The notes under the pieces were generated by a model. The model was not told where the DNA came from. It saw only the letters and a program-made list of their open reading frames with translations, and made no database searches. From positions 131,688,001 through 131,752,000 of the forward strand of contig OZ024744.1 in the NCBI GenBank assembly GCA_964016885.1: a stretch of DNA of 64,000 bases, written 5' to 3'. Shown here piece after piece: positions 23,401 through 36,000 of this stretch (position 1 is its first letter; each line of letters begins with the position of its first letter). This DNA comes from Eledone cirrhosa (lineage: Eukaryota). The position numbers and the translations under genes were made by a program.

Positions 23401-26400
23401 TGTTAAGTTAAGTGGTGGTTATGTTAAGTTGGGGTTAAGTTAAGTTGGGGTTAATTTAAATTGGGGTTAAGTTAACTTTGTGGTTAAGTTAAGTTGTGGT
23501 TATGTTAAGTTGGGGTTAAGTTAAGTTGGGGTTGAGTTAAGTTGGGGTTGAGTGAAGTTGGGGTTACGTTAAGTCGGGGTTAAGTTAAGTTGGGGTTGAG
23601 TTAAGTTGGGGTTAATTTAAGTTGGGGCTAAGTTAATTTGTGGTTAAGTTAAGTTGGGGTTAAGTTAAGTTGGGGTTAAGTTAAGTTGGGGTTGAGTTAA
23701 GTTGGGGTTGAGTTAATTTAGGGTTAAGTTAAGTTGGGGTTAAGTTAAGTTGGGTTTAAGTTAAGTTGGGGTTAAATTAAGTTGGGGTTAAGTTAAGTTG
23801 GGGGTAAGTTAAGTTGGGGGCAAGTTAAGTTGGGGTTAAGTTAAGTTGGGGTTAAATTAAGTTGGGGTTAAGTTTAGTTGGTGTTAAGTTAAGTTGGGGT
23901 TTATTTAAGTTGGGGTTAATTAAGTTGGGGTTAAGTTAAGTTGGGGTTAAGTTAAGTTGGGGTTAATTTAAGTTGGGGTTGAGTTAAGTTGGGGTTAAGT
24001 TAAGTTGGGGTTAAGTTAAGTTGGGGTTCAGTTAAGTTGCGGTTAAGTTAAGTTGCGGTTAAGTTAAGTTGGGGTTAAGTTAAGTTGGGGTTAAGTTAAG
24101 TTGGGGTTAAGTTAAGTTGGGGTTAAGTTAAGTTGGTGTTAAGTTAAGTTGGGGCTGAGTTAAGTTGGGGCTGAGTTAAGTTGGGGTTAAGTTAAGTTGG
24201 GGTTGAGTTAAGTTGGGGTTAAGTTAAGTTGGAGTTAAGTTAAGTTGGGGTTAAGTTAAGTTGGGGTTAAGTTAAGTTGGGGTTTAGTTAAGTTGGGGTT
24301 CAGTTAAGTTGGGGTTAAGTTAAGTTTGGGTTAAGTTAAGTTGGGGTTTAGTTTAGTTGGGGTTAAGTTAAGTTGGGGTTAATTTAAGTTGGGGTTAAGT
24401 TAAGTTGCGGGTAATTTAAGTTGGGTTTAAGTTAAGTTGGGGTTAAGTTAAGTTGGGGTTAAGTTAAGTTGGGGATAAGTTAAGTTGGGGTTAAGTTAAG
24501 TTGGGGGTAAGTTAAGTTGGGGGTAAGTTAAGTTGGGGGTAAGTTAAGTTGGGGTTAAGTTAAGTTGGGGTTAAGTTAAGTTAGGGTTAAGTTAAGTTGG
24601 GGTTGAGTTAAGTTGGGGTTAAGTTAAGTTGGGGTTATGTTAAGTTGGGGTTAAGTTAAGTTGCGGTTAAGTTAAGTTGGGGTTAAGTTAAGTTGGGGTT
24701 AAATTAAGTTGGTGTTAAGTTAAGTTGGGGCTAAGTTAAGTTGGGGCTGATTTAAGTTGGGGCCGAGTTAAGTTGGGGTTAAGTTAAGTTGGGGTTGAGT
24801 TAAGTTGGGGTTAAGTTAAGTTGGGGTTAAGTTAAGTTGGGGTTCAGTTAAGTTGGGGTTAAGTTAAGTTGGGGTTAAGATGGGGTTAAATTAAGTTGGG
24901 GTTAATTTAAGTTGGGGATAAGTTAAGTTGGTGTTAAGTTAAGTTGGGGTTAAGTTAAGTCGGGGTTAAGTTAAGTCGGGGTTAAGTTAAGTTAGGGTTA
25001 AGTTAAGTTGGAGTTAAGTTAAGTTGGGGTTGAGTTAAGTTGGGGTTGAGTTAAATTGGGGTGGAGTTAAGTTGGGGTTGAGTTAAGTTGGTGTTGAGTT
25101 ATGTTGGGGTTAAGTTAAGTTGGGGTTAAGTTAAGTTGCAGTTAAGTTAAGTTGAGGTTAAGTTAAGTTGGGGTTAAGTTAAGTTGGGGTTAAGTTAAGT
25201 TGGGGCTAAGTTAAGTTGGGGCTAAGTTAAGTTGGGGCTAAGTTAAGTTGGGGTTCAGTTAAGTTGGGGTTAAGTTAAGTTTGGGTTAAGTTGGGGTTAA
25301 ATTAAGTTGGGGTTAATTTAAGTTGGGGTTTAGTTAAGTTGGGGTTAAGTTAAGTTGGGGTTAATTTAAGTTGGGGTTAAGTTAAGTTGGGGTTAGGTTA
25401 AGTGGTGGTTATGTTAAGTTGGGGTTAATTTAAGTTGGGGTTAATTTAAATTGGGGTTAAGTTAACTTTGTGGATAAGTTAAGTTGGGGTTAAGTTAAGT
25501 TGGGGTTAAGTTAAGTTGGGGTTGAGTTAAGTTGGGGTTGAGTGAAGTTGGGGTTAAGTTAAGTTGGGGTTAATTTAAGTTGGGGTTAAGTTAAGTCGGG
25601 GTTAAGTTAAGTTGGGGTTGAGTTAAGTTGGGGTTAATTTAAGTTGGGGCTAAGTTAATTTGTGGTTAAGTTAAGTTGGGGTTAAGTTAAGTTGGGGTTA
25701 AGTTAAGTTGGGGTTGAGTTAAGTTGGGGTTGAGTTAATTTAGGGTTAAGTTAAGTTGGGGTTAAGTTAAGTTGGGTTTAAGTTAAGTTGGGGTTAAATT
25801 AAGTTGGGGTTAAATTAAGTTGGGGTTAAGTTAGGTTGGGGGTAAGTTAAGTTGGGGGCAAGTTAAGTTGGGGTTAAGTTAAGTTGGGGTTAAATTAAGT
25901 TGGGGTTAAGTTAAGTTGGTGTTTAGTTAAGTTGGGGTTTATTTAAGTTGGGGTTAATTAAGTTGGGGTTAAGTTAAGTTGGGGTTAAGTTAAGTTGGGG
26001 TTAATTTAAGTTGGGGTTGAGTTAAGTTGGGGTTAAGTTAAGTTGGGTTTATATTAAGTTGGGGTTAAGTTAAGTTGGGGTTAAGTTAAGTTCGGGTTCA
26101 GTTAAGTTGCGGTTAAGTTAAGTTGGGGTTAAGTTAAGTTGGGGTTAAGTTAAGTTGGGGTTAAGTTAAGTTGGGGTTAAGTTAAGTTGGTGTTAAGTTA
26201 AGTTGGGGCTAAGTTAAGTTGGGGCTGAGTTAAGTTGGGGCTGAGTTAAGTTGGGGTTAAGTTAAGTTGGGGTTGAGTTAAGTTGGGGTTAAGTTAAGTT
26301 GGGGTTAAGTTAAGTTGGTTAGTTAAGTTGAGTTTAAGTTAAGTTGGGGTTAATTTAAGTTGGGTTTAAGTTAAGTTGGGGTTAAGTTAATTTGGGGTTA

Positions 26401-29400
26401 AGTTAAGTTGGGGTTCAGTTAAGTTGGGGTTAAGTTAAGTTGGGGTTAAGATGGGGTTAAATTAAGTTGGGGTTAAGTTAAGTTGGGGTTAAGTTAAGTT
26501 GGGGTTAAGTTAAGTCGGGGTTAAGTTAAGTTAGGGTTAAGTTAAGTTGGAGTTAAGTTAAGTTGGGGTTGAGTTAAGTTGGGGTTGAGTTAAATTGGGG
26601 TGGAGTTAAGTTGGGGTTGAGTTAAGTTGGTGTTGAGTTATGTTGGGGTTAAGTTAAGTTGGGGTTAAGTTAAGTTGCAGTTAAGTTAAGTTGAGGTTAA
26701 GTTAAGTTGGGGTTAAGTTAAGTTGGGGTTAAGTTAAGTTGGGGCTAAGTTAAGTTGGGGCTAAGTTAAGTTGGGGCTAAGTTAAGTTGGGGTTCAGTTA
26801 AGTTGGGGTTAAGTTAAGTTTGGGTTAAGTTGGGGTTAAATTAAGTTGGGGTTAAGTTAAGTTGGGGTTTAGTTAAGTTGGGGTTAAGTTAAGTTGGGGT
26901 TAATTTAAGTTGGGGTTAAGTTAAGTTGGGGTTAGGTTAAGTGGTGGTTATGTTAAGTTGGGGTTAAGTTAAGTTGGGGTTAATTTAAATTGGGGTTAAG
27001 TTAACTTTGTGGATAAGTTAAGTTGGGGTTAAGTTAAGTTGGGGTTAAGTTAAGTTGGGGTTGAGTTAAGTTGGGGTTGAGTGAAGTTGGGGTTAAGTTA
27101 AGTTGGGGTTAATTTAAGTTGGGGTTAAGTTAAGTCGGGGTTAAGTTAAGTTGGGGTTGAGTTAAGTTGGGGTTAATTTAAGTTGGGGCTAAGTTAATTT
27201 GTGGTTAAGTTAAGTTGGGGTTAAGTTAAGTTGGGGTTAAGTTAAGTTGGGGTTGAGTTAAGTTGGGGTTGAGTTAATTTAGGGTTAAGTTAAGTTGGGG
27301 TTAAGTTAAGTTGGGTTTAAGTTAAGTTGGGGTTAAATTAAGTTGGGGTTAAATTAAGTTGGGGTTAAGTTAGGTTGGGGGTAAGTTAAGATGGGGGCAA
27401 GTTAAGTTGTGGTTAATTTAAGTTGGGGTTAAATTAAGTTGGGGTTAAGTTAAGTTGGTGTTAAGTTAAGTTGGGGTTTATTTAAGTTGGGGTTAATTAA
27501 GTTGGGGTTAAGTTAAGTTGGGGTTAAGTTAAGTTGGGGTTAATTTAAGTTGGGGTTGAGTTAAGTTGGGGTTAAGTTAAGTTGGGTTTATATTAAGTTG
27601 GGGTTAAGTTAAGTTGGGGTTAAGTTAAGTTGGGGTTCAGTTAAGTTGCGGTTAAGTTAAGTTGGGGTTAAGTTAAGTTGGGGTTAAGTTAAGTTGGGGT
27701 TAAGTTAAGTTGGGGTTAAGTTAAGTTGGTGTTAAGTTAAGTTGGGGTTGAGTTAAGTTGGGGTTAAGTTAAGTTGGGGTTAAGTTAAGTTGGGGTTAAG
27801 TTAAGTTGGGGTTTAGTTAAGTTGGGGTTAAGTTAAGTTGGGGTTAATTTAAGTTGGGGTTAAGTTAAGTTGGGGTTAAGTTAAGTGGTGGTTATGTTAA
27901 GTTGGGGTTAAGTTAATTGGGGTTAATTTAAATTGGGGTTAAGTTAAGTTGGGGTTAAGTTAAGTTGGGGTTAAGTTAAGTTGGGGTTAAGTTAAGTTGG
28001 GGTTAAGTTAAGTTGGTTAGTTAAGTTGAGTTTAAGTTAAGTTGGGGTTAATTTAAGTTGGGTTTAAGTTAAGTTGGGGTTAAGTTAAGTTGGGGTTAAG
28101 TTAAGTTGGGGTTCAGTTAAGTTGGGGTTAAGTTAAGTTGGGGTTAAGATGGGGTTAAATTAAGTTGGGGTTAAGTTAAGTTGGGGTTAAGTTAAGTTGG
28201 GGTTAAGTTAAGTTGGGGTTAAGTTAAGTCGGGGTTAAGTTAAGTTAGGGTTAAGTTAAGTTGGAGTTAAGTTAAGTTGGGGTTGAGTTAAGTTGGGGTT
28301 GAGTTAAATTGGGGTGGAGTTAAGTTGGGGTTGAGTTAAGTTGGTGTTGAGTTAAGTTGGGGTTAAGTTAAGTTGCAGTTAAGTTAAGTTGAGGTTAAGT
28401 TAAGTAGGGGTTAAGTTAAGTTGGGGTTAAGTTAAGTTGGGGTTAATTTAAGTTGGGGTTAAGTTAAGTCGGGGTTAAGTTAAGTTGGGGTTGAGTTAAG
28501 TTGGGGTTAATTTAAGTTGGGTTTAAGTTAAGTTGGGGTTAAATTAAGTTGGGGTTAAGTTAAGTTGGGGGTAAGTTAAGTTGGGGGCAAGTTAAGTTGG
28601 GGTTAAGTTAAGTTGGGGTTAAATTAAGTTGGGGTTAATTTTAGTTGGTGTTAAGTTAAGTTGGGGTGTATTTAAGTTGGGGTTAATTAAGTTGGGGTTA
28701 AGTTAAGTTGGGGTTAAGTTAAGTTGGGGTTAATTTAAGTTGGGGTTGAGTTAAGTTGGGGTTAAGTTAAGTTGGGTTTATATTAAGTTGGGGTTAAGTT
28801 AAGTTGGGGTTAAGTTAAGTTGGGGTTCAGTTAAGTTGCGGTTAAGTTAAGTTGGGGTTAAGTTAAGTTGGGGTTAATTTAAGTTGGGGTTAAGTTAAGT
28901 TGGGGTTAAGTTAAGTTGGGTTTAGTTAAGTTGGAGTTCAGTTAAGTTGGGGTTAAGTTAAGTTTGGGTTTAGTTAAGTTGGGGTTCAGTTAAGTTGGAG
29001 TTAAGTTAAGTTGGGGTTGAGTTAAGTTGGGGTTGAGTTAAATTGGGGTGGAGTTAAGTTGGGGTTGAGTTAAGTTGGTGTTGAGTTAAGTTGGGGTTAA
29101 GTTAAGTTGGGGTTAAGTTAAGTTGCAGTTAAGTTAAGTTGAGGTTAAGTTAAGTAGGGGTTAAGTTAAGTTGGGGCTAAGATAAGTTGGGGTTCAGTCA
29201 AGTTGGGGTTAAGTTAAGTTTGGGTTAAGTTGGGGTTAAATTAAGTTGGGGTTAAGTTAAGTTGGGGTTTAGTTAAGTTGGGGTTAAGTTAAGTTGGGGT
29301 TAATTTAAGTTGGGGTTAAGTTAAGTTGGTGTTAAGTTAAGTGGTGGTTATGTTAAGTTGGGGTTAAGTTAAGTTGGGGTTAATTTAAATTGGGGTTAAG

Positions 29401-30804
29401 TTAACTTTGTGGTTAAGTTAAGTTGGGGTTAAGTTAAGTTGGGGTTAAGTTAAGTTGGGGTTGAGTTAAGTTGGGGTTAATTTAAGTTGGGGCTAAGTTA
29501 ATTTGTGGTTAAGTTAAGTTGGGGTTAAGTTAAGTTGGGGTTAAGTTAAGTTGGGGTTGAGTTAAGTTGGGGTTGAGTTAATTTAGGGTTAAGTTAAGTT
29601 GGGGTTAAGTTAAGTTGGGTTTAAGTTAAGTTGGGGTTAAATTAAGTTGGGGTTAAGTTAAGTTGGGGGTAAGTTAAGTTGGGGGCAAGTTAAGTTGGGG
29701 TTAAGTTAAGTTGGGGTTAAATTAAGTTGGGGTTAAGTTTAGTTGGTGTTAAGTTAAGTTGGGGTTTATTTAAGTTGGGGTTAATTAAGTTGGGGTTAAG
29801 TTAAGTTGGGGTTAAGTTAAGTTGGGGTTAATTTAAGTTGGGGTTGAGTTAAGTTGGGGTTAAGTTAAGTTGGGTTTATATTAAGTTGGGGTTAAGTTAA
29901 GTTGGGGTTAAGTTAAGTTGGGGTTCAGTTAAGTTGCGGTTAAGTTAAGTTGGGGTTAAGTTAAGTTGGGGTTAAGTTAAGTTGGGGTTAAGTTAAGTTG
30001 GGGTTAAGTTAAGTTGGGGTTAAGTTAAGTCGGTGTTAAGTTAAGTTGGGGCTGAGTTAAGTTGGGGTTATGTTAAGTTGGGGTTAAGTTAAGTTGCGGT
30101 TAAGTTAAGTTGGGGTTAAGTTAAGTTGGGGTTAAGTTAAATTGGGGTTAAGTTAAGTTGGGGTTGAGTTAAGTTGGGGTTAAGTTAAGTTGGGGTTATG
30201 TTAAGTTGGGGTTAAGTTAAGTTGCGGTTAAGTTAAGTTGGGGTTAAGTTGGCGTTAAGTTAAGTGGTGGTTATGTTAAGTTGGGGTTAAGTTAAGTTGG
30301 GGTTAATTTAAATTGGGGTTAAGTTAACTTTGTGGTTAAGTTAAGTTGGGGCTAAATTAAGTTGGGGCTAAGTTAAGTTGGGGTTCAGTTAAGTTGGGGT
30401 TAAGTTAAGTTTGGGTTAAGTTGGGGTTAAATTAAGTTGGGGTTAAGTTAAGTTGGGGTTTAGTTAAGTTGGGGTTAAGTTAAGTTGGGGTTAATTTAAG
30501 TTGGGGTCAAGTTAAGCTGGGGTTAAGTTAAGTTGGGGTTAAGTTAAGTTGGTTAGTTAAGTTGAGTTTAAGTTAAGTTGGGGTTAATTTAAGTTGGGTT
30601 TAAGTTAAGTTGGGGTTAAGTTAAGTTGGGGTTAAGTTAAGTTGGGGTTAAGTTAATTTGGGGTTCAGTTAAGTTGGGGTTAAGTCAAGTTGGGGTTAAG
30701 TTGGGGTTAAATTAATTTGGGGTTAAGTTAAGTTGGGGTTAAGTTAAGTTGGGGTTAAGTTAAGTTGGGGTTAAGTTAATTTGTGGTTAAGTTAAGTTGG
30801 GGTT

Positions 30805-31229
30805 AACCCCAACTTCACTCAACCCCACCTTAACTCAACCCCAACTGAACTTAACCCCAACTTCACTCAACCCCAACTTAACTTAACCCCAACTTCACTC
30901 AACCCCAACTTAACTCAACCCCAACTTAACTTAACCCCAACTTAAGTTAACCCTAACTTAACTTAACCCCGACTTAACTTAACTTCGACTTAACTTAACC
31001 CCAACTTAACTTAACCCCAACTTAACTTAACCCCAACTTAACTTAACCACAAATTAACTTAACCCCAACTTAAATTAACCCCAACTTAAATTAACCCCAA
31101 CTTAACTTAACCCCAACTTAACTTAACCCCAACTTAACTCACACCCAACTTAACTTACCCCCAACTTAACTTAACCCCAACTTGACTTAACCCCAACTTA
31201 ACTTAACCCCAACTTAACTTAACCCCAAA
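30805..31229 (-). repeat. Inverted satellite cassette 8 (425 bp)
   Basis: Standard junctions and AACTTCGAC; the downstream TTAGGCTTAAC unit is missing in this copy. Confidence 0.97.
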
Positions 31230-32792
31230 TTCGGGGTTAAGTTAAGTTGTGGTTAAGTTAAGTTGGGGGTAAGTTAAGTTCTGGGTAAGTTAAGTTGGGG
31301 TTAAGTTAAGTTGGGGTTAAGTTGGGGTTAAGTTAAGTTAGGGTTAAGTTAAGTTGGGGTTGAGTTAAGTTGGGGTTAAGTTAAGTTGGGGTTAAGTTAA
31401 GTTGGGGTCAAGTTAAGTTGGGGTTAAAATTAAGTTGGGGTTAAGTCAAGTTGGGGTTAAGTTAAGTTGGGGTTAATTTAGTTGGGGTTAAGTTAAGTTG
31501 GGGCTAAGTTAAGTTGGGGCTAAGTTAAGTTGGGGCTAAGTTAAGTTGGGGTTAAGTTAAGTTGGGGTTAATTTAAATTGGGGTTAAGTTAACTTTGTGG
31601 TTAAGTTAAGTTGGGGTTAAGTTAAGTTGGGGTTAAGTTAAGTTGGGGTTGAGTTAAGTTGGGGTTGAGTGAAGTTGGGGTTAAGTTAAGTTGGGGTTAA
31701 GTTAAGTTGGCGTTAAGTTAAGTTGGGGTTGAGTTAAGTTGGGGTTGAGTTAATTTAGGGTTAAGTTAAGTTGGGGGTAAGTTAAGTTGGGGTTAAGTTA
31801 AGTTGGGGTTAAGTTAAGTTGGGGTCAAGTTAAATTTGTGGTTAAGTTAAGTTGGGGTTAAGTTAAGTTGGGGTTAAGTTAAGTTGGCGTTAATTTAAGT
31901 TGGGGTTAATTTAAGTTGGGGGTAAGTTAAGTTGGGGTTAAGTTAAGTTGGGGTTAAGTTAAGTTGGGGTTAAGTTAAGTTGGGGTTAAGTTAAGTTGGG
32001 GTCAAGTTAAGTTGGGGTTAAAATTAAGTTGGGGTTAAGTCAAGTTGGGGTTAAGTTAAGTTGGGGTTCATTTAGTTGGGGTTAAGTTAAGTTGGGGCTA
32101 AGTTAAGTTGGGGCTAAGTTAAGTTGGGGCTAAGTTAAGTTGGGGTTAAGTTAAGTTGGGGTTAAGTTAAGGTGGGGTTCAGTTAAGTTGCGGTTAAGTT
32201 AAGTTGGGGTTAAGTTAAGTTGGGGTTAAGTTAAGTTGGGGTTAAGTTAAGTTGGGGTTCAGTTAAGTTGCGGTTAAGTTAAGTTGGGGTTAAGTTAAGT
32301 TGGGGTTAAGTTAAGTTGGGGTTAAGTTAAGTTGGGGTCAAGTTAAGTTGGGGTTAAGTTAAGTTGGGGTTAAGTTAAGTTGGTTAGTTAAGTTGAGTTT
32401 AAGTTAAGTTGGGGTTAATTTAAGTTGGGGTTAAGTTAAGTTGGGGTTAAGTTAAGTTGGGGTTAAGTTAAGTTGGGTTTAAGTTAATTTGGGGTTTAGT
32501 TAAGTTGGGGTTAAGTCAAGTTGGGGTTAAGTTGGGGTTAAATTAATTTGGGGTTCAGTTAAGTTGGGGTTAAGTTAAGTTGGGGTTAAGTTAAGTTGGG
32601 GTTAAGTTAAGTTGGGGTCAAGTTAAGTTGGGGTTAAGTTAAGTTGGGGTTAAGTTAAGTTGGTTAGTTAAGTTGAGTTTAAGTTAAGTTGGGGTTAATT
32701 TAAGTTGGGGTTAAGTTAAGTTGGGGTTAAGTTAAGTTGGGGTTAAGTTAAGTTGGGGTTAAGTTAATTTGTGGTTAAGTTAAGTTGGGGTT

Positions 32793-33056
32793 AACCCGAA
32801 CTTCACTCAACCCCACCTTAACTCAACCCCAACTTAACTTAACCCCAACTTCACTCAACCCCAACTTAACTCAACCCCAACTTAACTTAACCCCAACTTA
32901 ACTTAACCTTAACTTAACTTAACCCCGACTTAACTTAACTTCGACTTAACTTAACCCCAACTTAACTTAACCCCAACTTAACTTAACCCCAACTTAACTT
33001 AACACAAATTAACTTAACCCCAACTTAAATTAACCCCAACTTAAATTAACCCCAAA
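32793..33056 (-). repeat. Inverted satellite cassette 9 (264 bp, internally deleted)
   Basis: Left junction GGGGTT|AACCCG; lacks the CTCACACCC, TACCCCC and CTTGAC monomers but keeps the right junction. Confidence 0.96.
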
Positions 33057-36000
33057 TTCGGGGTTAAGTTAAGTTGGGGTTAATTTAAGTTAGGCTTAAC
33101 TTAAGTTGGGGTTAAGTTAAGTTGCGGGTAAGTTAAGTTCTGGGTAAGTTAAGTTGTGGTTAAGTTAAGTTGGGGTTAAGTTGGGGTTAATTTAAGTTAG
33201 GGTTAAGTTAAGTTGGGGTTGAGTTAAGTTGGGGTTAAGTTAAGTTGGGGTTAAGTTAAGTTGGGGTCAATTAAGTTGGGGTTAAAATTAAGTTTGGGTT
33301 AAGTCAAGTTTGGGTTAAGTTAAGTTGGGGTTAATTTAGTTGGGGTTAAGTTAAGTTGGGGCTAAGTTAAGTTGGGGCTAAGTTAAGTTGGGGTTAAGTT
33401 AAGTTGGAGTTGAGTGAAGTTGGGGTTAAGTTAAATTTGTGGTTAAGTTAAGTTGGGGTTAAGTTAAGTTGGGGTTGAGTTAAGTTGGGGTTGAGTTAAT
33501 TTAGGGTTAAGTTAAGTTGGGGGTAAGTTAAGTTGGGGTTAAGTTAAGTTGGGGTTAAGTTAAGTTGGGGTCAAGTTAAATTTGTGGTTAAGTTAAGTTG
33601 GGGTTAAGTTAAGTTGGGGTTAAGTTAAGTTGGCGTTAATTTAAGTTGGGGTTGAGTTATGTTGGGGTTGAGTTAATTTAGGGTTAAGTTAAGTTGGGGT
33701 TAAGTTAAGTTGGGTTTAAGTTAAGTTGGTGTTAAGTTAAGTTGGGACTAAGTTAAGTTGGGGTTGAGTTAATTTAGGGTTAAGGTAAGTTGGGGTTAAG
33801 TTAAGTTGGGGTTAAGTTAAGTTGGGTTTAAGTTAAGTTGGGGTCAAGTTAAGTTGGGGTTAAAATTAAGTTGGGGTTAAGTCAAGTTGGGGTTAAGTTA
33901 AGTTGGGGTTAATATAGTTGGGGTTAAGTTAAGTTGGGGCTAAGTTAAGTTGGGGCTAATTTAAGTTGGGGCTAACTTAAGTTGGGGTTAAGTTAAGTTG
34001 GGGTTAAGTTAAGGTGGGGTTAATTTAAGTTGGGGTCAACTTAAATTGGGGTTAAATTAAGTTGGTGTTAAGTTAAGTTGGGGCTAAGTTAAGTTGGGGT
34101 TGAGTTAAGTTGTGGTTAAGTTAAGTTGGGGTTAAGTTAAGTTGGGGTTAAGTTAAGTTGGGGTTAAATTAAGTTGGTGTTAAGTTATGTTGGGGCTAAG
34201 TTAAGTTGGGGTTGAGTTAAGTTGGGGCTGAGTTAAGTTGGGGTTAAGTTAAGTTGGGGTTGAGTTAAGTTGGGGTTAAGTTAAGTTGGGGTTAAGTTAA
34301 GTTGGGGTTAACTTAAGTTGGGGTTAAGTTAAGTTAGGGTTGAGTTAAGTTGGGGTTAAGTTAAGTTGGGGTTAAGTTAAGTTGGGGTTCAGTTAAGTTG
34401 GGGTTAAGTTAAGTTGGGGTTAAGATGGGGTTAAATTAAGTTGGGGTTAATTTAAGTTGGGGATAAGTTAAGTTGGTGTTAAGTTAAGTTGGGGTTAAGT
34501 TAAGTCGGGGTTAAGTTAAGTCGGGGTTAAGTTAAGTTAGGGTTAAGTTAAGTTGGAGTTAAGTTAAGTTGGGGTTGAGTTAAGTTGGGGTTGAGTTAAA
34601 TTGGGGTGGAGTTAAGTTGGGGTTGAGTTAAGTTGGTGTTGAGTTATGTTGGGGTTAAGTTAAGTTGGGGTTAAGTTAAGTTGCAGTTAAGTTAAGTTGA
34701 GGTTAAGTTAAGTTGGGGTTAAGTTAAGTTCGGGTTAAGTTAAGTTGGGGCTAAGTTAAGTTGGGGCTAAGTTAAGTTGGGGTTCAGTTAAGTTGGGGTT
34801 AAGTTAAGTTTGGGTTAAGTTGGGGTTAAATTAAGTTGGGGTTAAGTTAAGTTGGGGTTTAGTTAAGTTGGGGTTAAGTTAAGTTGGGGTTCATTTAAGT
34901 TGGGGTTAAGTTAAGTTGGGGTTAGGTTAAGTGGTGGTTATGTTAAGTTTGGGTTAAGTTAAGTTGGGGTTAATTTAAATTGGGGTTAAGTTAACTTTGT
35001 GGTTAAGTTAAGTTGGGGTTAAGTTAAGTTGGGGTTAAGTTAAGTTGGGGTTGAGTTAAGTTGGGGTTGAGTGAAGTTGGGGTTAAGTTAATTTGGGGTT
35101 AATTTAAGTTGGGGTTAAGTTAAGTCGGGGTTAAGTTAAGTTGGGGTTGGGTTAAGTTGGGGTTAATTTAAGTTGGCGCTAAGTTAATTTGTGGTTAAGT
35201 TAAGTTGGGGTTAAGTTAAGTTGGGGTTAAGTTAAGTTGGGGTTGAGTTAAGTTGGGGTTAAATTAAGTTGGGGTTAAATTAAGTTGGGGTTAAGTTAGG
35301 TTGGGGGTAAGTTAAGTTGGGGGCAAGTTAAGTTGGGGTTAAGTTAAGTTGGGGTTAAATTAAGTTGGGGTTAAGTTAAGTTGGTGTTAATTTAAGTTGG
35401 GGTTTATTTAAGTTGGGGTTAATTAAGTTGGGGTTAAGTTAAGTTGGGGTTAAGTTAAGTTGGGGTTAATTTAAGTTGGGGTTGAGTTAAGTTGGGGTTA
35501 AGTTAAGTTGGGTTTATATTAAGTTGGGGTTAAGTTAAGTTGGGGTTAAGTTAAGTTGGGGTTCAGTTAAGTTGCGGTTAAGTTAAGTTGGGGTTAAGTT
35601 AAGTTGGGGTTAAGATAAGTTGGGGTTAAGTTAAGTTGGGGTTAAGTTAAGTTGGGGCTAAGTTAAGTTGGGGCTGAGTTAAGTTGGGGCTGAGTTAAGT
35701 TGGGGTTAAGTTAAGTTGGGGTTAAGTTAAGTTGGGGTTAAGTTAAGTTGGGGTTAAGTTAAGTTGGGGTTAAGTTAAGTTGGGGTTTAGTTAAGTTGGG
35801 GTTCAGTTAAGTTGGGGTTAAGTTAAGTTTGGGTTAAGTTGGGGTTAAATTAATTTGGGGTTAAGTTAAGTTGGGGTTTAGTTTAGTTGGGGTTAAGTTA
35901 AGTTGGGGTTAATTTAAGTTGGGGTTAAGTTAAGTTGCGGGTAATTTAAGTTGGGGTTAAGTTAAGTTGGGGTTAAGTTAAGTTGGGGTTAAGTTAAGTT

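Larger units (their letters stand above)
7970..27078 (+). repeat. Tandem duplication of about 9.5 kb (copy A ~7970-17490, copy B ~17490-27078)
   Basis: Rare variants recur at offset 9518: both cassette pairs, GGTTACATT 12011/21529, GGGGGAAAG 12703/22221, GGTTACGTT 14048/23566. After a 64-bp indel they recur at offset 9582: GGCCGAG 15181/24763, TTCGGGTTCAG 16511/26093, TGTGGATAAG 17431/27013. Confidence 0.93.
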
